A stretch of 64,000 bases of DNA from Candidatus Bathyarchaeota archaeon (GCA_018396435.1 JAGTRG010000001.1:9659-73658), one strand, 5' to 3'; positions 29,196-39,023 are shown, counted from the first letter of the stretch. Notes: a model not told the origin generated them from the letters alone. Program-made: numbers and translations.

Positions 29196-29286
29196 TCTTC
29201 TACGCCTAGAAGCGAGGGCGAAAAGAAAAAGTTTATCTTATTAAAAGCGCTTAAAGACATGATCACCCTATGGGAGATGCCTCTAG

Positions 29287-29766
29287 TTGACTTCGAAAAA
29301 CGATGTTGAAGCCTTTATTAGAAGGCAGATTGAGATCGAGAGGGAAATTGTTGCATCGCTAAATGAAGGGTTAGCCGACATAGACAACCCCGCAGTTAGG
29401 GAAGTTTTAAAAGGAATCTCACTGGACTCCACGAAGCATGCGGGAATGTACTCAGCCGCCCTGGACCTTATGACTAAAACGCCTAAAGCATTAACTCAGG
29501 AGCAGCTGGATAGGCAGGTGGCGCTTGTGGAGAGGCATATACGCATGGAGGCTGAGCTGATAAAGAGAATAAGCGAAACGCTCCCATCAATAGAAGAAGA
29601 GAAGATTAGATTTCTTCTGAGCGCAATATTAGAGGATGAGAAAAGGCATCATGAACTCCTAAAAAGGGTTCTTGAAATCATAGTTAAAGGCGAAACAATA
29701 ATGGATAAAGACCTATGGGACATAATCTGGCGGAATGTTCCAATGCATGGTTCGCCTGGCGGATGA
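29287..29766 (+). CDS. Ferritin-like (rubrerythrin-type) diiron protein
   Basis: Duplicated E-x-E...DSTKH and H..ME...DEKRH motifs. Confidence 0.8.
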   Translation: MTSKNDVEAFIRRQIEIEREIVASLNEGLADIDNPAVREVLKGISLDSTKHAGMYSAALDLMTKTPKALTQEQLDRQVALVERHIRMEAELIKRISETLPSIEEEKIRFLLSAILEDEKRHHELLKRVLEIIVKGETIMDKDLWDIIWRNVPMHGSPGG

Positions 29767-29927
29767 AAAATATAAGGGCGAATACCGCTTATACCATGCG
29801 ATGCAATAAATTCAATATCTAGGCTAGTAAGGCTAAGGATATAGAAGGCTCCTGTCAGCATTCTGCTAGATGCGCAGCTGATCGTGGAAAGCGGCTAGAA
29901 ATACAATCCTTAATTAATGCGAAAACC

Positions 29928-31112
29928 CTAAGTTAATCCGTGCTTTCTATGCCTTTCTGAGATCGCACTTGCAAGCCTGTCTAAGGCTCTGAAAGCATCC
30001 TCCCTTGGATAGCCCTTGACGAGAACCGGCTCAAGAAACTCAACCTTTAGAGGCGAGAGTATTTGGGCTATTTGCTGCGTCACTGTTGTACCCCAACCGT
30101 AAGAGCCTATAACTGATGCAAACATGGCTTTAGGTCTCAATGCACTTAGGAGATGAGCGGCATAAAGGATGTTTGGATGAGGCCCGCCTAGAACCGTTGG
30201 TGCGCCTATGACAACTGTGGCTGCATCAACAAGCGCCATAGCCAGCTTCCCAATATCCGTCCTGGAAAGGTTAAATTGCTGAACCTTCACGCCTCTCTCC
30301 ACAAGCGCTGAAACAAAATAGTCAACAATCGCTTTGGTGCTTCCATGCATTGATACATATGGCAGGACGACTAGGTTCCTCGGTGGGCTGAAAACCCAGT
30401 CTCTGTAGGCTTCAAGTATGAAGCCGGGCTTATGATACGCTGGACCATGGCTCGGTGCAATCACATCGATCCTCAATCCCTTCAATTTTTCCAGGTTCCT
30501 CTGAATTATGTTTCTGAAGGGCATCATTATTTCAGCGTAGTATCTTTTAGCAGCCTCATATACCGCCGCCTCATCGACAGCATATAGGTCTGAGGTTGCA
30601 AGGTGGGAGCCGAAGAGGTCGCATGGGAAAAGCACAGCGTCCTCCCGCAGGTAAGTCAGCATAGTTTCAGGCCAATGGACCCATGGGAAATGGATGAACT
30701 CAAGCGTCTTATCGCCCAAAGAGATTTTTTCACCATCTCCGACGGGTTGCACTTTATCCCCGGGGATCATAAGTAAATCCGCAAGCATATCTCTGCATCT
30801 AAGCGTAGCGATAACTTTGGCATCCGGATATAAATCTAATATCGCTGGGAGGCTTCCTGAATGATCCTGCTCGGCGTGATTGGCAATAATATAGTCTATG
30901 CGCTTAACACCTAAATCCCTCAGATTTTTAACCAGAACATCAGTCATCGTCGGATCAACGGTGTCTATTAGCGCCGTCTTCTCGCCTCCCATAACCAGAT
31001 AGGCATTATAGCTTGTTCCATCTGGAAGAGGGATCAACTCGTCGAAGAGCCTTCTATCCCAATCAACCGCACCAACCCAGTAGATCCCATCCTTCAAAGC
31101 GCGGGGCTTCAT
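29928..31112 (-). CDS. fprA: Flavodiiron protein (A-type flavoprotein)
   Basis: GTSYNAYL, NHAEQDHSG, VHWPE, APSHG, YVSMHGST, GSYGWG. Confidence 0.95.
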   Translation of the reverse strand: MKPRALKDGIYWVGAVDWDRRLFDELIPLPDGTSYNAYLVMGGEKTALIDTVDPTMTDVLVKNLRDLGVKRIDYIIANHAEQDHSGSLPAILDLYPDAKVIATLRCRDMLADLLMIPGDKVQPVGDGEKISLGDKTLEFIHFPWVHWPETMLTYLREDAVLFPCDLFGSHLATSDLYAVDEAAVYEAAKRYYAEIMMPFRNIIQRNLEKLKGLRIDVIAPSHGPAYHKPGFILEAYRDWVFSPPRNLVVLPYVSMHGSTKAIVDYFVSALVERGVKVQQFNLSRTDIGKLAMALVDAATVVIGAPTVLGGPHPNILYAAHLLSALRPKAMFASVIGSYGWGTTVTQQIAQILSPLKVEFLEPVLVKGYPREDAFRALDRLASAISERHRKHGLT

Positions 31113-31113
31113 T

Positions 31114-31278
31114 CTATTTGACCACCACCCTGAACATGTTTTTCGGGGCTCCGCAAACGGGACAAACCCAATCGTCTGGTAAATCCCCGAAGTCTATTCC
31201 AGGAGGAATCTTACGGGTTTCATCGCCAAACTCAGGGTCATATATGTATCCGCAAACTTTACAAACCCATTTACCCAT
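31114..31278 (-). CDS. rub: Rubredoxin
   Basis: [12 protein letters not shown]...[14 protein letters not shown], 54 aa from the ATG at 31278. Confidence 0.95.
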   Translation of the reverse strand: MGKWVCKVCGYIYDPEFGDETRKIPPGIDFGDLPDDWVCPVCGAPKNMFRVVVK

Positions 31279-31285
31279 TAATTTC

Positions 31286-31308
31286 CCCTTGAAGAATAAT
31301 TTCAAGGG
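31286..31308. promoter_or_regulatory. Inverted repeat CCCTTGAA-N7-TTCAAGGG in a divergent promoter region
   Basis: Perfect 8-bp arms between the rubredoxin start (31278) and the ParB-like gene start (31343). Confidence 0.4.
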
Positions 31309-31342
31309 CAAGTTTATCTTAAATGTTTTGTGGCTGAAGATC

Positions 31343-32110
31343 ATGCGGAAAATAGAAATAACAACCATGAGCGATCTGCCTGAGAAGATTGAAAGCATAA
31401 GGGTTAGCCTAGAGAGGATTTACGGCGCGAAGTTAAACGTTGAATTCAGCGCTCTACCGGTCAGATCGCTTTGTCCAACAGAGGAATTTTTAGAGAAGGA
31501 TAAGCTTGCCCTAATCCTAATGAAGATTTTAAATGAAGGATACAAGGTTCCAATAATAACCGTGAGAAAGGGCGGAAGCTACTACATTCTAGATGGGCAT
31601 CATAGGTCATATGTACTGCTGAAGATGATGGAAGAGAAAACCGAATCATATGTAGTGCGTTTCCCAGATGAGGTGAGCTATAGGGCTCCGCAAAAACGCC
31701 CACTGGAGGATCTGCCGATACTTGATGTTGCGCCAATCGAGGATTCAATCCTCAAGGCTTGGAGTCAAATAATCACGTTGCTAAAGTATTACGAGGCAAT
31801 TTATGGGGCGCCGTTTTATTTGAAGATTGAGGATGCGCCCATAAGTGATGTTGTTCCAACGCAGCCTCAAGTGGGCGGCAAACAGGTTTCGTCCATAAAC
31901 AAGATACTTGTTCCAATAGTATGCCTTAAACGTCATGGGAAATATTACATTCTGGATGGGCATGCAAGGGCCTTGAAAGCTAAGCAAATGGGCTTAAGCT
32001 GCATCAGATCCGTTGTTTTAACCTCCATTGTGGATGTTGATTATGGCATAATTAGAACAGTTAATGCAGTCGGGCTTAGAAGCCTTGACGATATAAGCAT
32101 CGTGGAATGA
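31343..32110 (+). CDS. Protein with two tandem ParB/Srx-like N-terminal domains
   Basis: LCPTE...PIITV...YYILDGHHR and VVPTQ...PIVCL...YYILDGHAR. The upstream part of the track ORF overlaps rub/fprA and is spurious. Confidence 0.75.
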   Translation: MRKIEITTMSDLPEKIESIRVSLERIYGAKLNVEFSALPVRSLCPTEEFLEKDKLALILMKILNEGYKVPIITVRKGGSYYILDGHHRSYVLLKMMEEKTESYVVRFPDEVSYRAPQKRPLEDLPILDVAPIEDSILKAWSQIITLLKYYEAIYGAPFYLKIEDAPISDVVPTQPQVGGKQVSSINKILVPIVCLKRHGKYYILDGHARALKAKQMGLSCIRSVVLTSIVDVDYGIIRTVNAVGLRSLDDISIVE

Positions 32111-32183
32111 AAATCTTAATGTTTATTTACATCAATATTTTTATTTTTAATGTAATCGACTCTTTTAGAGAGCTGGTTTTAAT

Positions 32184-33215
32184 ATGGGTGTTGACCTAGG
32201 CGATCTGGTTCCTAAAACGCCTACAGACCTAAGTAACCTCAGCGGTAAAATCGTAGCCATAGACGCCTACAATGCGCTTTATCAGTTTCTTGCAATAATC
32301 AGGCAGCCCGACGGAACCCCGCTTATGGATCACGCTGGAAGAATCACAAGCCACTTAAGCGGCCTATTCTATAGGACGTGCAACCTGCTTGAGATGGGAA
32401 TAAAACCCGTATATGTTTTTGACGGAACCCCGCCTGCCCTTAAGGAGGCAGAAATAAAACGTAGGATGAAAGTTAAGGAGGAAGCCGTAAAAAAGTATGA
32501 GATGGCCCTTAAGGAGGGAAAAATTGAGGAGGCAAGGATGTACGCGCAGATGACATCGCATTTAAAGGATTACATGGCTGATGACTCAAAGCGCCTATTA
32601 GCATTCATGGGCGTACCATGGGTTCAAGCCCCCTCGGAGGGTGAGGCTCAGGCGGCGCATCTGGCGAAAAAGGGTGATGCAAACTTCTGCGCCAGCCAGG
32701 ACTACGATAGCTTACTTTTCGGAGCGCCCCATCTGCTTAGGAATCTAACAATATCTGGAAGGAGAAAGCTCCCGAGAAAAGATGTTTACGTTGAGGTTGT
32801 CCCGGAGATAGTCGAGCTCAAACGTATTATTAAGGAGCTTGACATAACGCATGAGCAGCTCATAGACATAGGCATACTCATCGGGACAGACTTCAATCCG
32901 GATGGAGTTAAGGGTATAGGTCCTAAGAGCGCCCTGAAAATCATTAAAACATATGGCAGCCTAGAAGCCGCCTTACCCGTGCTGAAAAACGCGGAGTTCC
33001 CGGTTGATCCGGTTAAGATCAAGGAGATTTTCCTCCATCCAAACGTTACGGACTCCTATAAGCTTGTTTGGAAGGAGCCGGATGTTAAAGGCGTTATAAA
33101 TTTCCTTTGCGGTGAAAAAGATTTCTCTGAGGATCGTGTGCGCAAAGCCCTTGAGAAAGCAATTGAGGGCATGAGGAGGGCTAGAGCCAAAAGGACCCTT
33201 GAGGCATGGTTCTAA
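32184..33215 (+). CDS. fen: Flap endonuclease 1
   Basis: AIDAYNALYQF, APSEGEAQAA, SQDYDSLLFG, GTDFN, GIGPK, C-terminal PIP-like TLEAWF. Confidence 0.97.
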   Translation: MGVDLGDLVPKTPTDLSNLSGKIVAIDAYNALYQFLAIIRQPDGTPLMDHAGRITSHLSGLFYRTCNLLEMGIKPVYVFDGTPPALKEAEIKRRMKVKEEAVKKYEMALKEGKIEEARMYAQMTSHLKDYMADDSKRLLAFMGVPWVQAPSEGEAQAAHLAKKGDANFCASQDYDSLLFGAPHLLRNLTISGRRKLPRKDVYVEVVPEIVELKRIIKELDITHEQLIDIGILIGTDFNPDGVKGIGPKSALKIIKTYGSLEAALPVLKNAEFPVDPVKIKEIFLHPNVTDSYKLVWKEPDVKGVINFLCGEKDFSEDRVRKALEKAIEGMRRARAKRTLEAWF

Positions 33216-33315
33216 AAAAATGGAATGAGCGGCACAGTTAAGTACTAGTTTGAAAAATTAATCAATCCAGCGCTTAAAATGTGGCCGGGGTTTTAAGGGA
33301 AGAGGATGGAGGCGC

Positions 33316-34824
33316 ATGGATCTACGTGAAAATGAAAGAAAAGTTCTGCTTGCATTAAAGAAGGCTAATGGAAGGGCAAGCATAGATGAAATCACTGATT
33401 CAAGCGGCTTAGCGCATGTGGCAGTCATGCGGGCAGCCCTATCCTTGGAAGCCAAGAAGATGGTGAAGATTCACGAAAGGAGCATCACAAGGATTTCTCT
33501 AAATGAGGAGGGGAAGAAATATGCTGAAGATAAGTTGCCCGAGAGACGTTTAGTCGAAATCTTAATGAGCATGGGCGGTGAGGCGCCGATTAAATCCCTC
33601 CTAGAAGCGGCATCCATCGATGGCGAGATGAGCGCCATAGCGCTAGGATGGCTTGCACGCAAGGGATGGGCGAGGATAGACTCTAAGGAGCAGAAGGTTA
33701 GGCTCCTAAGGGAACCGGAGACAGGGGCGGATGAGAAGATTCTTACAATGCTTAATATGGCTGGAACATTAATCCTCGAGGATTTAAGCGGCGAACTGAG
33801 GGAAGCCTTCAAGATGCTTAAAGGGAGAAAGATAGTTGAGGCGCATGAGGAAACCATCAGGGATCTGGAGCTGAACGATGAAGGCTGGAGGCTGCTGGAG
33901 AAGGGCGTAGAGGTTATTGAGGAGGTAACGCAGCTAACGCCTGAGCTGATTATAACTGGAAAATGGCGTGAGAAGAAGATCCTAAAATATGATATTAAGG
34001 CTCCGGCGCCCAGAACATGGCCCGGTAAGAAGCACCCCTACCTGAGATTTCTGGATGAGATGGGGGAAAAGCTGATCGCCTTAGGCTTCAAAGAGATGAG
34101 GGGCCCAATAGTTGAGGTGAGCTTCTTCAACTGCGATGGGCTCTATATGCCTCAGGATCACCCGGCTAGGGAGATACACGACATGTATCTGATTAAGGAG
34201 CCTGAATACGGCGACCTAACGCCCTATAGAAGATTTCTTGATCAGGTGAAGGAAACCCATGAGTGCGGGTGGAAATCCGGCTCGAAAGGTTGGGGATACA
34301 AGTTTTCGCTCCTTATGGCTGCCAGACTGATGCTGCGCAGCCACACAACAGCAGTCAGCGTGAGAACTCTTATAAGTGACGATCTGGAGATACCTGGAAA
34401 ATACTTCGCCATAGCCAGATGCTACCGCCCCGAGTTCGTTGACAGAACCCATCTAAGCGAGTTTAACCAGGTTGAGGGCATAGTTGTCGGCGAGGATCTG
34501 ACTTTACAGGATCTCCTCGGAATACTTGAGCGTTTCGCCATAGATATGGCTGGCGCAGACAAGGTTAAGTTCAGGCCCGATTACTTCCCATTCACCGAAC
34601 CCAGCGTTGAATTATCCGCTTACAAAAAGGGCTACGGCTGGATGGAGTTTGGGGGCTCCGGAATATTCCGCCCTGAAGTAACACTGCCCCTTGGAATCAA
34701 CGTTCCAGTTTTAGCCTGGGGTTTAGGTGTAGACCGCCTATTCATGATGAGGGCTGGGATCAGCGATATACGCTACTTATTCACTCAGGATTTAGATTGG
34801 CTTAGGCGTAAGGGGATGGTATAA
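33316..34824 (+). CDS. pheS: Phenylalanine-tRNA ligase alpha subunit
   Basis: PQDHPARE, LRSHTT, DRTHLSEFNQVEG, YFPFTEPS, GSGIFRPE. Confidence 0.97.
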   Translation: MDLRENERKVLLALKKANGRASIDEITDSSGLAHVAVMRAALSLEAKKMVKIHERSITRISLNEEGKKYAEDKLPERRLVEILMSMGGEAPIKSLLEAASIDGEMSAIALGWLARKGWARIDSKEQKVRLLREPETGADEKILTMLNMAGTLILEDLSGELREAFKMLKGRKIVEAHEETIRDLELNDEGWRLLEKGVEVIEEVTQLTPELIITGKWREKKILKYDIKAPAPRTWPGKKHPYLRFLDEMGEKLIALGFKEMRGPIVEVSFFNCDGLYMPQDHPAREIHDMYLIKEPEYGDLTPYRRFLDQVKETHECGWKSGSKGWGYKFSLLMAARLMLRSHTTAVSVRTLISDDLEIPGKYFAIARCYRPEFVDRTHLSEFNQVEGIVVGEDLTLQDLLGILERFAIDMAGADKVKFRPDYFPFTEPSVELSAYKKGYGWMEFGGSGIFRPEVTLPLGINVPVLAWGLGVDRLFMMRAGISDIRYLFTQDLDWLRRKGMV

Positions 34825-34825
34825 T

Positions 34826-36523
34826 ATGCCGACAATTGAAGTTGAACGTGAAGACTTGGAGATGCTCTTAGGCTTACATCTTCCAATAGATATGGAAGAA
34901 CTAAACGAGGTCTTCTCCTTCATAAAGGGAGAGGTGAAATACGCCGGTGAAAAGGAGATTCACATAGATATTAAAGACAGCAACCGCGCCGACATATGGG
35001 GTGTTGAGGGCATAGCGCGAGCCCTACGGGGAATACTTGGCATAGAAAGGGGACTTAAACAATACGGGCTGTCAGGAGAGCTGGGCATTAATGTGTTGGT
35101 TGATCAGCGCCTGAGGAATATACGCCCCTACATTGCATGCGCGGTTGTTAAGGGCGTTAGGCTAAGCGACGCAGCCATACGTCACATAATGCGTTTCCAG
35201 GACAAAATGGATCAGACATATGGGCGTGGCAGACGAAGAACATCAATTGGACTTTACGACTTCGATTTAATAACGCCTCCATTACGCTACACGGTTTCTA
35301 AACCCGATGAAACTAGGTTTATTCCATTAGGCTTTGACGAGGAGTTGACGTTAAGGGAGATTCTTAAGGTGCACCCTAAGGGCATAATGTATGGGCATAT
35401 AGTTGAACCCTACGATGTTTGGCCGATCCTCATAGAATCAAAAGATAAGGTCCTTTCCTTTCCGCCAATAATTAATTCAAACGATCTGGGGAGATTAACA
35501 GTTGAAACAAGAAATGTTCTTGTTGAAGTAACTGGAACGGTCTATAGCACAGTGCTATACACATTAACAAATATGATCTTGGCGTTAGCCGACCGGGGTG
35601 GAGAAATATACCCCGTTGAAATCCATTACCCATATGCTGATCTGGGGTGCGTCAGAACCCCAAACCTTGAGAACGAGAAGATGGAGCTTAACATTCAATA
35701 TGTTCGGAAAATCATAGGTATACAGTTAAGCCTTCAAGAAGTCATCGATCTCCTGGAAAGATCAAGATACGGTGTTTCCAAAATCTTGAATGAAGACACT
35801 CTTATTGTTGAGATACCGTGCTACCGTCCAGATATTATGCATCCAATTGATATAGTGGAGGATATAGCCATAGCCTACGATTTAAACAAGATGCAGCCAA
35901 GATGGCCGCGAATATCCACAGTCGGCGGGCTGAATCGAGAATCTTCGCTCCGCAACTTAGTTAGGGAAATCATGGTTGGCTTAGGCTATCAGGAAGTTTT
36001 AACTTTCACATTAAGCAACCCGGAAGCCCTCTTTGAAAAGATGAATATTCCATCGGAGAAGGTTGTTGAGCTAGCGAACCCGAAGGTTTCATCAATGACT
36101 TGTCTCAGAAATTGGCTTCTTCCAAACCTGATGGAATTTCTAAGCCATAACACGCATGTTGAATATCCTCAGAGGATTTTTGAGGTTGGCTACTGCGTTG
36201 TGCATGATGAGGAGCAAATAAATAAGGCGAGAGATTTGGAAAAGCTGGCATGCGTAACAATACATTCAAGCGCATGCTTCTCAGAGGCTAAATCCGTTCT
36301 CGACGCATTATTCACCAATCTGGAGCTGGAATACAGCCTGGAGGAGACAAGCCACGGAAGCTTCATTGATGGAAGAGCTGGAAAAATAATTGTCGAGGGG
36401 GAGAAAGCGGGATTAATAGGCGAGATACATCCGCAAGTTCTTCAAAACTGGAATCTGGAAAATCCAGCGGCAGCATTCGAGATAGAACTCGACAAAATTT
36501 GGCAGCGCCTTAAGAGTGGATGA
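34826..36523 (+). CDS. pheT: Phenylalanine-tRNA ligase beta subunit
   Basis: MPTIE, NRADIWGVEGIARAL, SFPPIINS, RPDIMHPIDIVEDIAIAY, GEIHP. Confidence 0.97.
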   Translation: MPTIEVEREDLEMLLGLHLPIDMEELNEVFSFIKGEVKYAGEKEIHIDIKDSNRADIWGVEGIARALRGILGIERGLKQYGLSGELGINVLVDQRLRNIRPYIACAVVKGVRLSDAAIRHIMRFQDKMDQTYGRGRRRTSIGLYDFDLITPPLRYTVSKPDETRFIPLGFDEELTLREILKVHPKGIMYGHIVEPYDVWPILIESKDKVLSFPPIINSNDLGRLTVETRNVLVEVTGTVYSTVLYTLTNMILALADRGGEIYPVEIHYPYADLGCVRTPNLENEKMELNIQYVRKIIGIQLSLQEVIDLLERSRYGVSKILNEDTLIVEIPCYRPDIMHPIDIVEDIAIAYDLNKMQPRWPRISTVGGLNRESSLRNLVREIMVGLGYQEVLTFTLSNPEALFEKMNIPSEKVVELANPKVSSMTCLRNWLLPNLMEFLSHNTHVEYPQRIFEVGYCVVHDEEQINKARDLEKLACVTIHSSACFSEAKSVLDALFTNLELEYSLEETSHGSFIDGRAGKIIVEGEKAGLIGEIHPQVLQNWNLENPAAAFEIELDKIWQRLKSG

Positions 36524-36578
36524 ACCGTCCGCAACAATATTTATATTTTATCTTAGGTCATTTCAAGCATGATTAAGC

Positions 36579-37133
36579 ATGCATGAAGATATGGGGGAAT
36601 TGCCAAAGCGTATCTCAAGCATTCTTAGAAGCGATGAGCGGGTTCTATTGTGGAGGAAGCCTGTTTTTGAATCGTTTATACTGCACCTTGAGCATATGTG
36701 GGGCTTCGTCCTTGTAGGTCTCTTTATTTTTGTGGGCGCTATGGTCAGCATATCCATTGTTCATATACCTATACCCTACGGCTTTCTTGCAATATTCGCA
36801 CTCCAGATCTTTTTCGGACTTTTAATGCTCTTTGGTCCAGTCGCTCGGAATGCCATAGCATACAATAACACATTCTACGTAATAACTGACAGAAGAATTC
36901 TAATTCAAACCGGGGCGATAGGCATTGACACAAGAATAATCGACTTTGACAAAATGCAGGAGATCTACGTGACAGTGGACCTAGTTGACAGGATCTTTGG
37001 AACCGGAAGCATAAAAATATCAACAGCCGCCGGCTGGCCCGAGCATGCCTATATGCCAACGCTTGTTGCGTTACGTAACCCCTATCAAGTTCATGAGGTT
37101 CTCCAAAACGCCATGGAGAAGACTAGGCATTAG
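36579..37133 (+). CDS. Bacterial-type PH domain (bPH_2/YdbS-like) membrane protein
   Basis: Two TM helices, then YVITDRRILIQTG and DRIFGTGSIKISTA. Confidence 0.8.
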   Translation: MHEDMGELPKRISSILRSDERVLLWRKPVFESFILHLEHMWGFVLVGLFIFVGAMVSISIVHIPIPYGFLAIFALQIFFGLLMLFGPVARNAIAYNNTFYVITDRRILIQTGAIGIDTRIIDFDKMQEIYVTVDLVDRIFGTGSIKISTAAGWPEHAYMPTLVALRNPYQVHEVLQNAMEKTRH

Positions 37134-37191
37134 AGCAAAGCTACATTTTGGGAGTAAAGTTTATCTTAGATTTCCATCATCTGTTATTTCT

Positions 37192-37436
37192 GGCGATGAT
37201 CCGAGGAGCCTTAATCCCGCCGGAACCCTCTAGCCTGTCAGGCTGGGCCCGCAGAGACGGACTCAACCAATATGGATGATAAATCATCCGTATATGAGGG
37301 AGAGTTTACCCAGTTGCGGGACACGGCGGGCGTGGGCGCAAAACTCCACGTATGAGAGAGCCCGTCGGAGGGGAGCGAAGCCCGCTCGTCTGTGAGGTTG
37401 GGTGTTAGTTACGTGGAACACAAGGCGCCCACGATA
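37192..37436 (+). ncRNA. Structured non-coding RNA; two H/ACA-like hairpins, each with a K-turn-like motif and an ACA box
   Basis: GC-rich island in an AT-rich spacer, with TTTATC about 30 nt upstream. Stems CCCGCA/TGCGGG+ACA (37248-37323) and TCCACGTA/TACGTGGA+ACA (37345-37420); closing stems CCCGCCG/CGGCGGG and CGTGGGCGC/GCGCCCACG. Confidence 0.7.
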
Positions 37437-37493
37437 TAAATCTTTAAAAAATTTTGGAAACCAAAAATTTTATCTAGCTTGCCTTAACATTTA

Positions 37494-37856
37494 GTGGATG
37501 CATGCTATAGGGGTGGATATTTGAAGCCCATAATTAGATATGAAAGAGAGATAGAGTCAGGCGGAAGCATGTCCTTTCCAGTGAAGATTCTTCTGTCTAA
37601 AAGCGATACATCGACAGCCAGCGTCAGGCTCAGCATGCTTGATGAAAAAATGAAGATCGATTTGCATGCGCATGATGAATGCGACCAGATGGAGTACTGC
37701 ATTAGGGGCAAAGCCGTAATGTTCATTGAGGGCTTAGGTGAAAAAGAAATACATGAAGGAACATTCACCTATGTTCCTAAAGGCGTAAAACACAGCATAG
37801 TGAAAGTCGTCGAACCATTCGCTGTCCTAACGGTTTTTGTGCCACCGCTCTTCTAA
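37494..37856 (+). CDS. Cupin domain protein
   Basis: LHAHDECDQMEYCIRG, YVPKGVKH, VFVPP. Start uncertain. Confidence 0.8.
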   Translation: MDACYRGGYLKPIIRYEREIESGGSMSFPVKILLSKSDTSTASVRLSMLDEKMKIDLHAHDECDQMEYCIRGKAVMFIEGLGEKEIHEGTFTYVPKGVKHSIVKVVEPFAVLTVFVPPLF

Positions 37857-37895
37857 AACAGAAAATTGTTAGATAAAGGCTTAGATGTGAGGCAG

Positions 37896-38117
37896 CTAAG
37901 TTCTGGATGCTGAGGCCCTTTCCCTTCCGGCTCTTTCTTCTTGCCCATAAAACGCAGTCCACTTAAGTTTCCGAGGATCACGCCCCAAAACTAGAAAGTT
38001 TTTTCTACACTTACTTGAGCAGAACCACAATATTGTCCCATCATTATTCACATACATTATTCCAGTTCCCTGGTTAAACTCGTGACCGCAAAAGGAGCAG
38101 CGGCGAGGTTTAGGCAT
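37896..38117 (-). CDS. rpl24e: 50S ribosomal protein L24e
   Basis: CSFCG...GTGIMYV...FCSSKC...PRKLKWT. Confidence 0.96.
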   Translation of the reverse strand: MPKPRRCSFCGHEFNQGTGIMYVNNDGTILWFCSSKCRKNFLVLGRDPRKLKWTAFYGQEERAGRERASASRT

Positions 38118-38173
38118 TTCTCCTCAAATCCCCCGAGGTTCTTTGATTACATGTCAGCGGACATTTCTTCCTT

Positions 38174-38422
38174 CTACTTTATTTTTCTAGCTTCTCTCTC
38201 CGTCTCCCTCAGCATCAATATGTCGCCTAGCCTAATGGGTCCCTTAACGTTCCTGGTTATTATTCGACCCTTATCCGGCCCCTCAAGAACTCGAACCCTA
38301 ACCTGCTCTATTTCGCCGGTTACCCCAGTTCGCCCTATCACCTGAATCACCTCAGCCGGTGTTGGCGCACCCTCCTCAGAAGCCCTCTCTTCCCTAGTTT
38401 CTTTAGTTTCCCTTCTGCTCAA
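38174..38422 (-). CDS. rps28e: 30S ribosomal protein S28e
   Basis: [28 protein letters not shown]. Confidence 0.96.
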   Translation of the reverse strand: MSRRETKETREERASEEGAPTPAEVIQVIGRTGVTGEIEQVRVRVLEGPDKGRIITRNVKGPIRLGDILMLRETEREARKIK

Positions 38423-38427
38423 ATTGC

Positions 38428-38811
38428 TTAGCCTCCCTTAATCTTTTGAATCCTAGTTATGATTTCCCTAATGAGGTCGGCAGCCTCGCCGGCCTCAATT
38501 ATGCATACCGACGCTGCTGGAACCTCTATTCCGACAGCTGAACCCAGCTTAGTTTTGCTTGGCACATACGCATAAGGTATTTTACGTTCATCGCAGAGCA
38601 ATGGGAGATGCGCAACAACCTCAGGTGGGTCAACATCCTCAGCTATTACAACCAGTTTAGCTATTCCTCTCTCCACAGCCTTCGTTGTCTCATTTGTTCC
38701 TTTACGTATTTTGCCGGTTCTAGTAGCTATCTGCACAGCTTCGTAAGTGGCGTTCACAACCTCACTCGGTACCTCAAATTTAACATAGAACGGTTTCGGC
38801 ATATTCATCAC
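38428..38811 (-). CDS. rpl7ae: 50S ribosomal protein L7Ae (K-turn binding)
   Basis: [30 protein letters not shown]. Confidence 0.97.
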   Translation of the reverse strand: MMNMPKPFYVKFEVPSEVVNATYEAVQIATRTGKIRKGTNETTKAVERGIAKLVVIAEDVDPPEVVAHLPLLCDERKIPYAYVPSKTKLGSAVGIEVPAASVCIIEAGEAADLIREIITRIQKIKGG

Positions 38812-39023
38812 TCAACCTCATCAACACATGTCTCGGTTTCATATGTTTATCCCTAAGCTATAAACAATTTCCCTATATACATTACGGTTAAACCTTATAT
38901 AAAAGTTAATTAAATCCAAGCTTTCTTAAGTAATATCGGTGAGCTGCTCAGCCCAGTAATAAGCACATAAAACAGTAGCTTCAAAAATGAATTTGCATGT
39001 TGAACCTGGAAATAAGAGTTCCC

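Noticed and set aside
29770..29925. Possible PIN-toxin remnant (LIPCDAI) between the ferritin-like gene and fprA
   Set aside because: Too short and interrupted to support a call.
31013..31342. N-terminal 110 aa of the 365-aa track ORF
   Set aside because: It is antisense to rubredoxin and the fprA start; protein-like sequence begins at the ATG at 31343.
37192..37436. Assignment of this RNA as RNase P, SRP RNA, fluoride riboswitch or group II intron domain V
   Set aside because: It lacks the GAGGAAANUCC/P4 pairing, the SRP helix 8 motif, the crcB GGCGAUG..CGCC stem and the domain V AGC/CGC hairpin; only short superficial matches.
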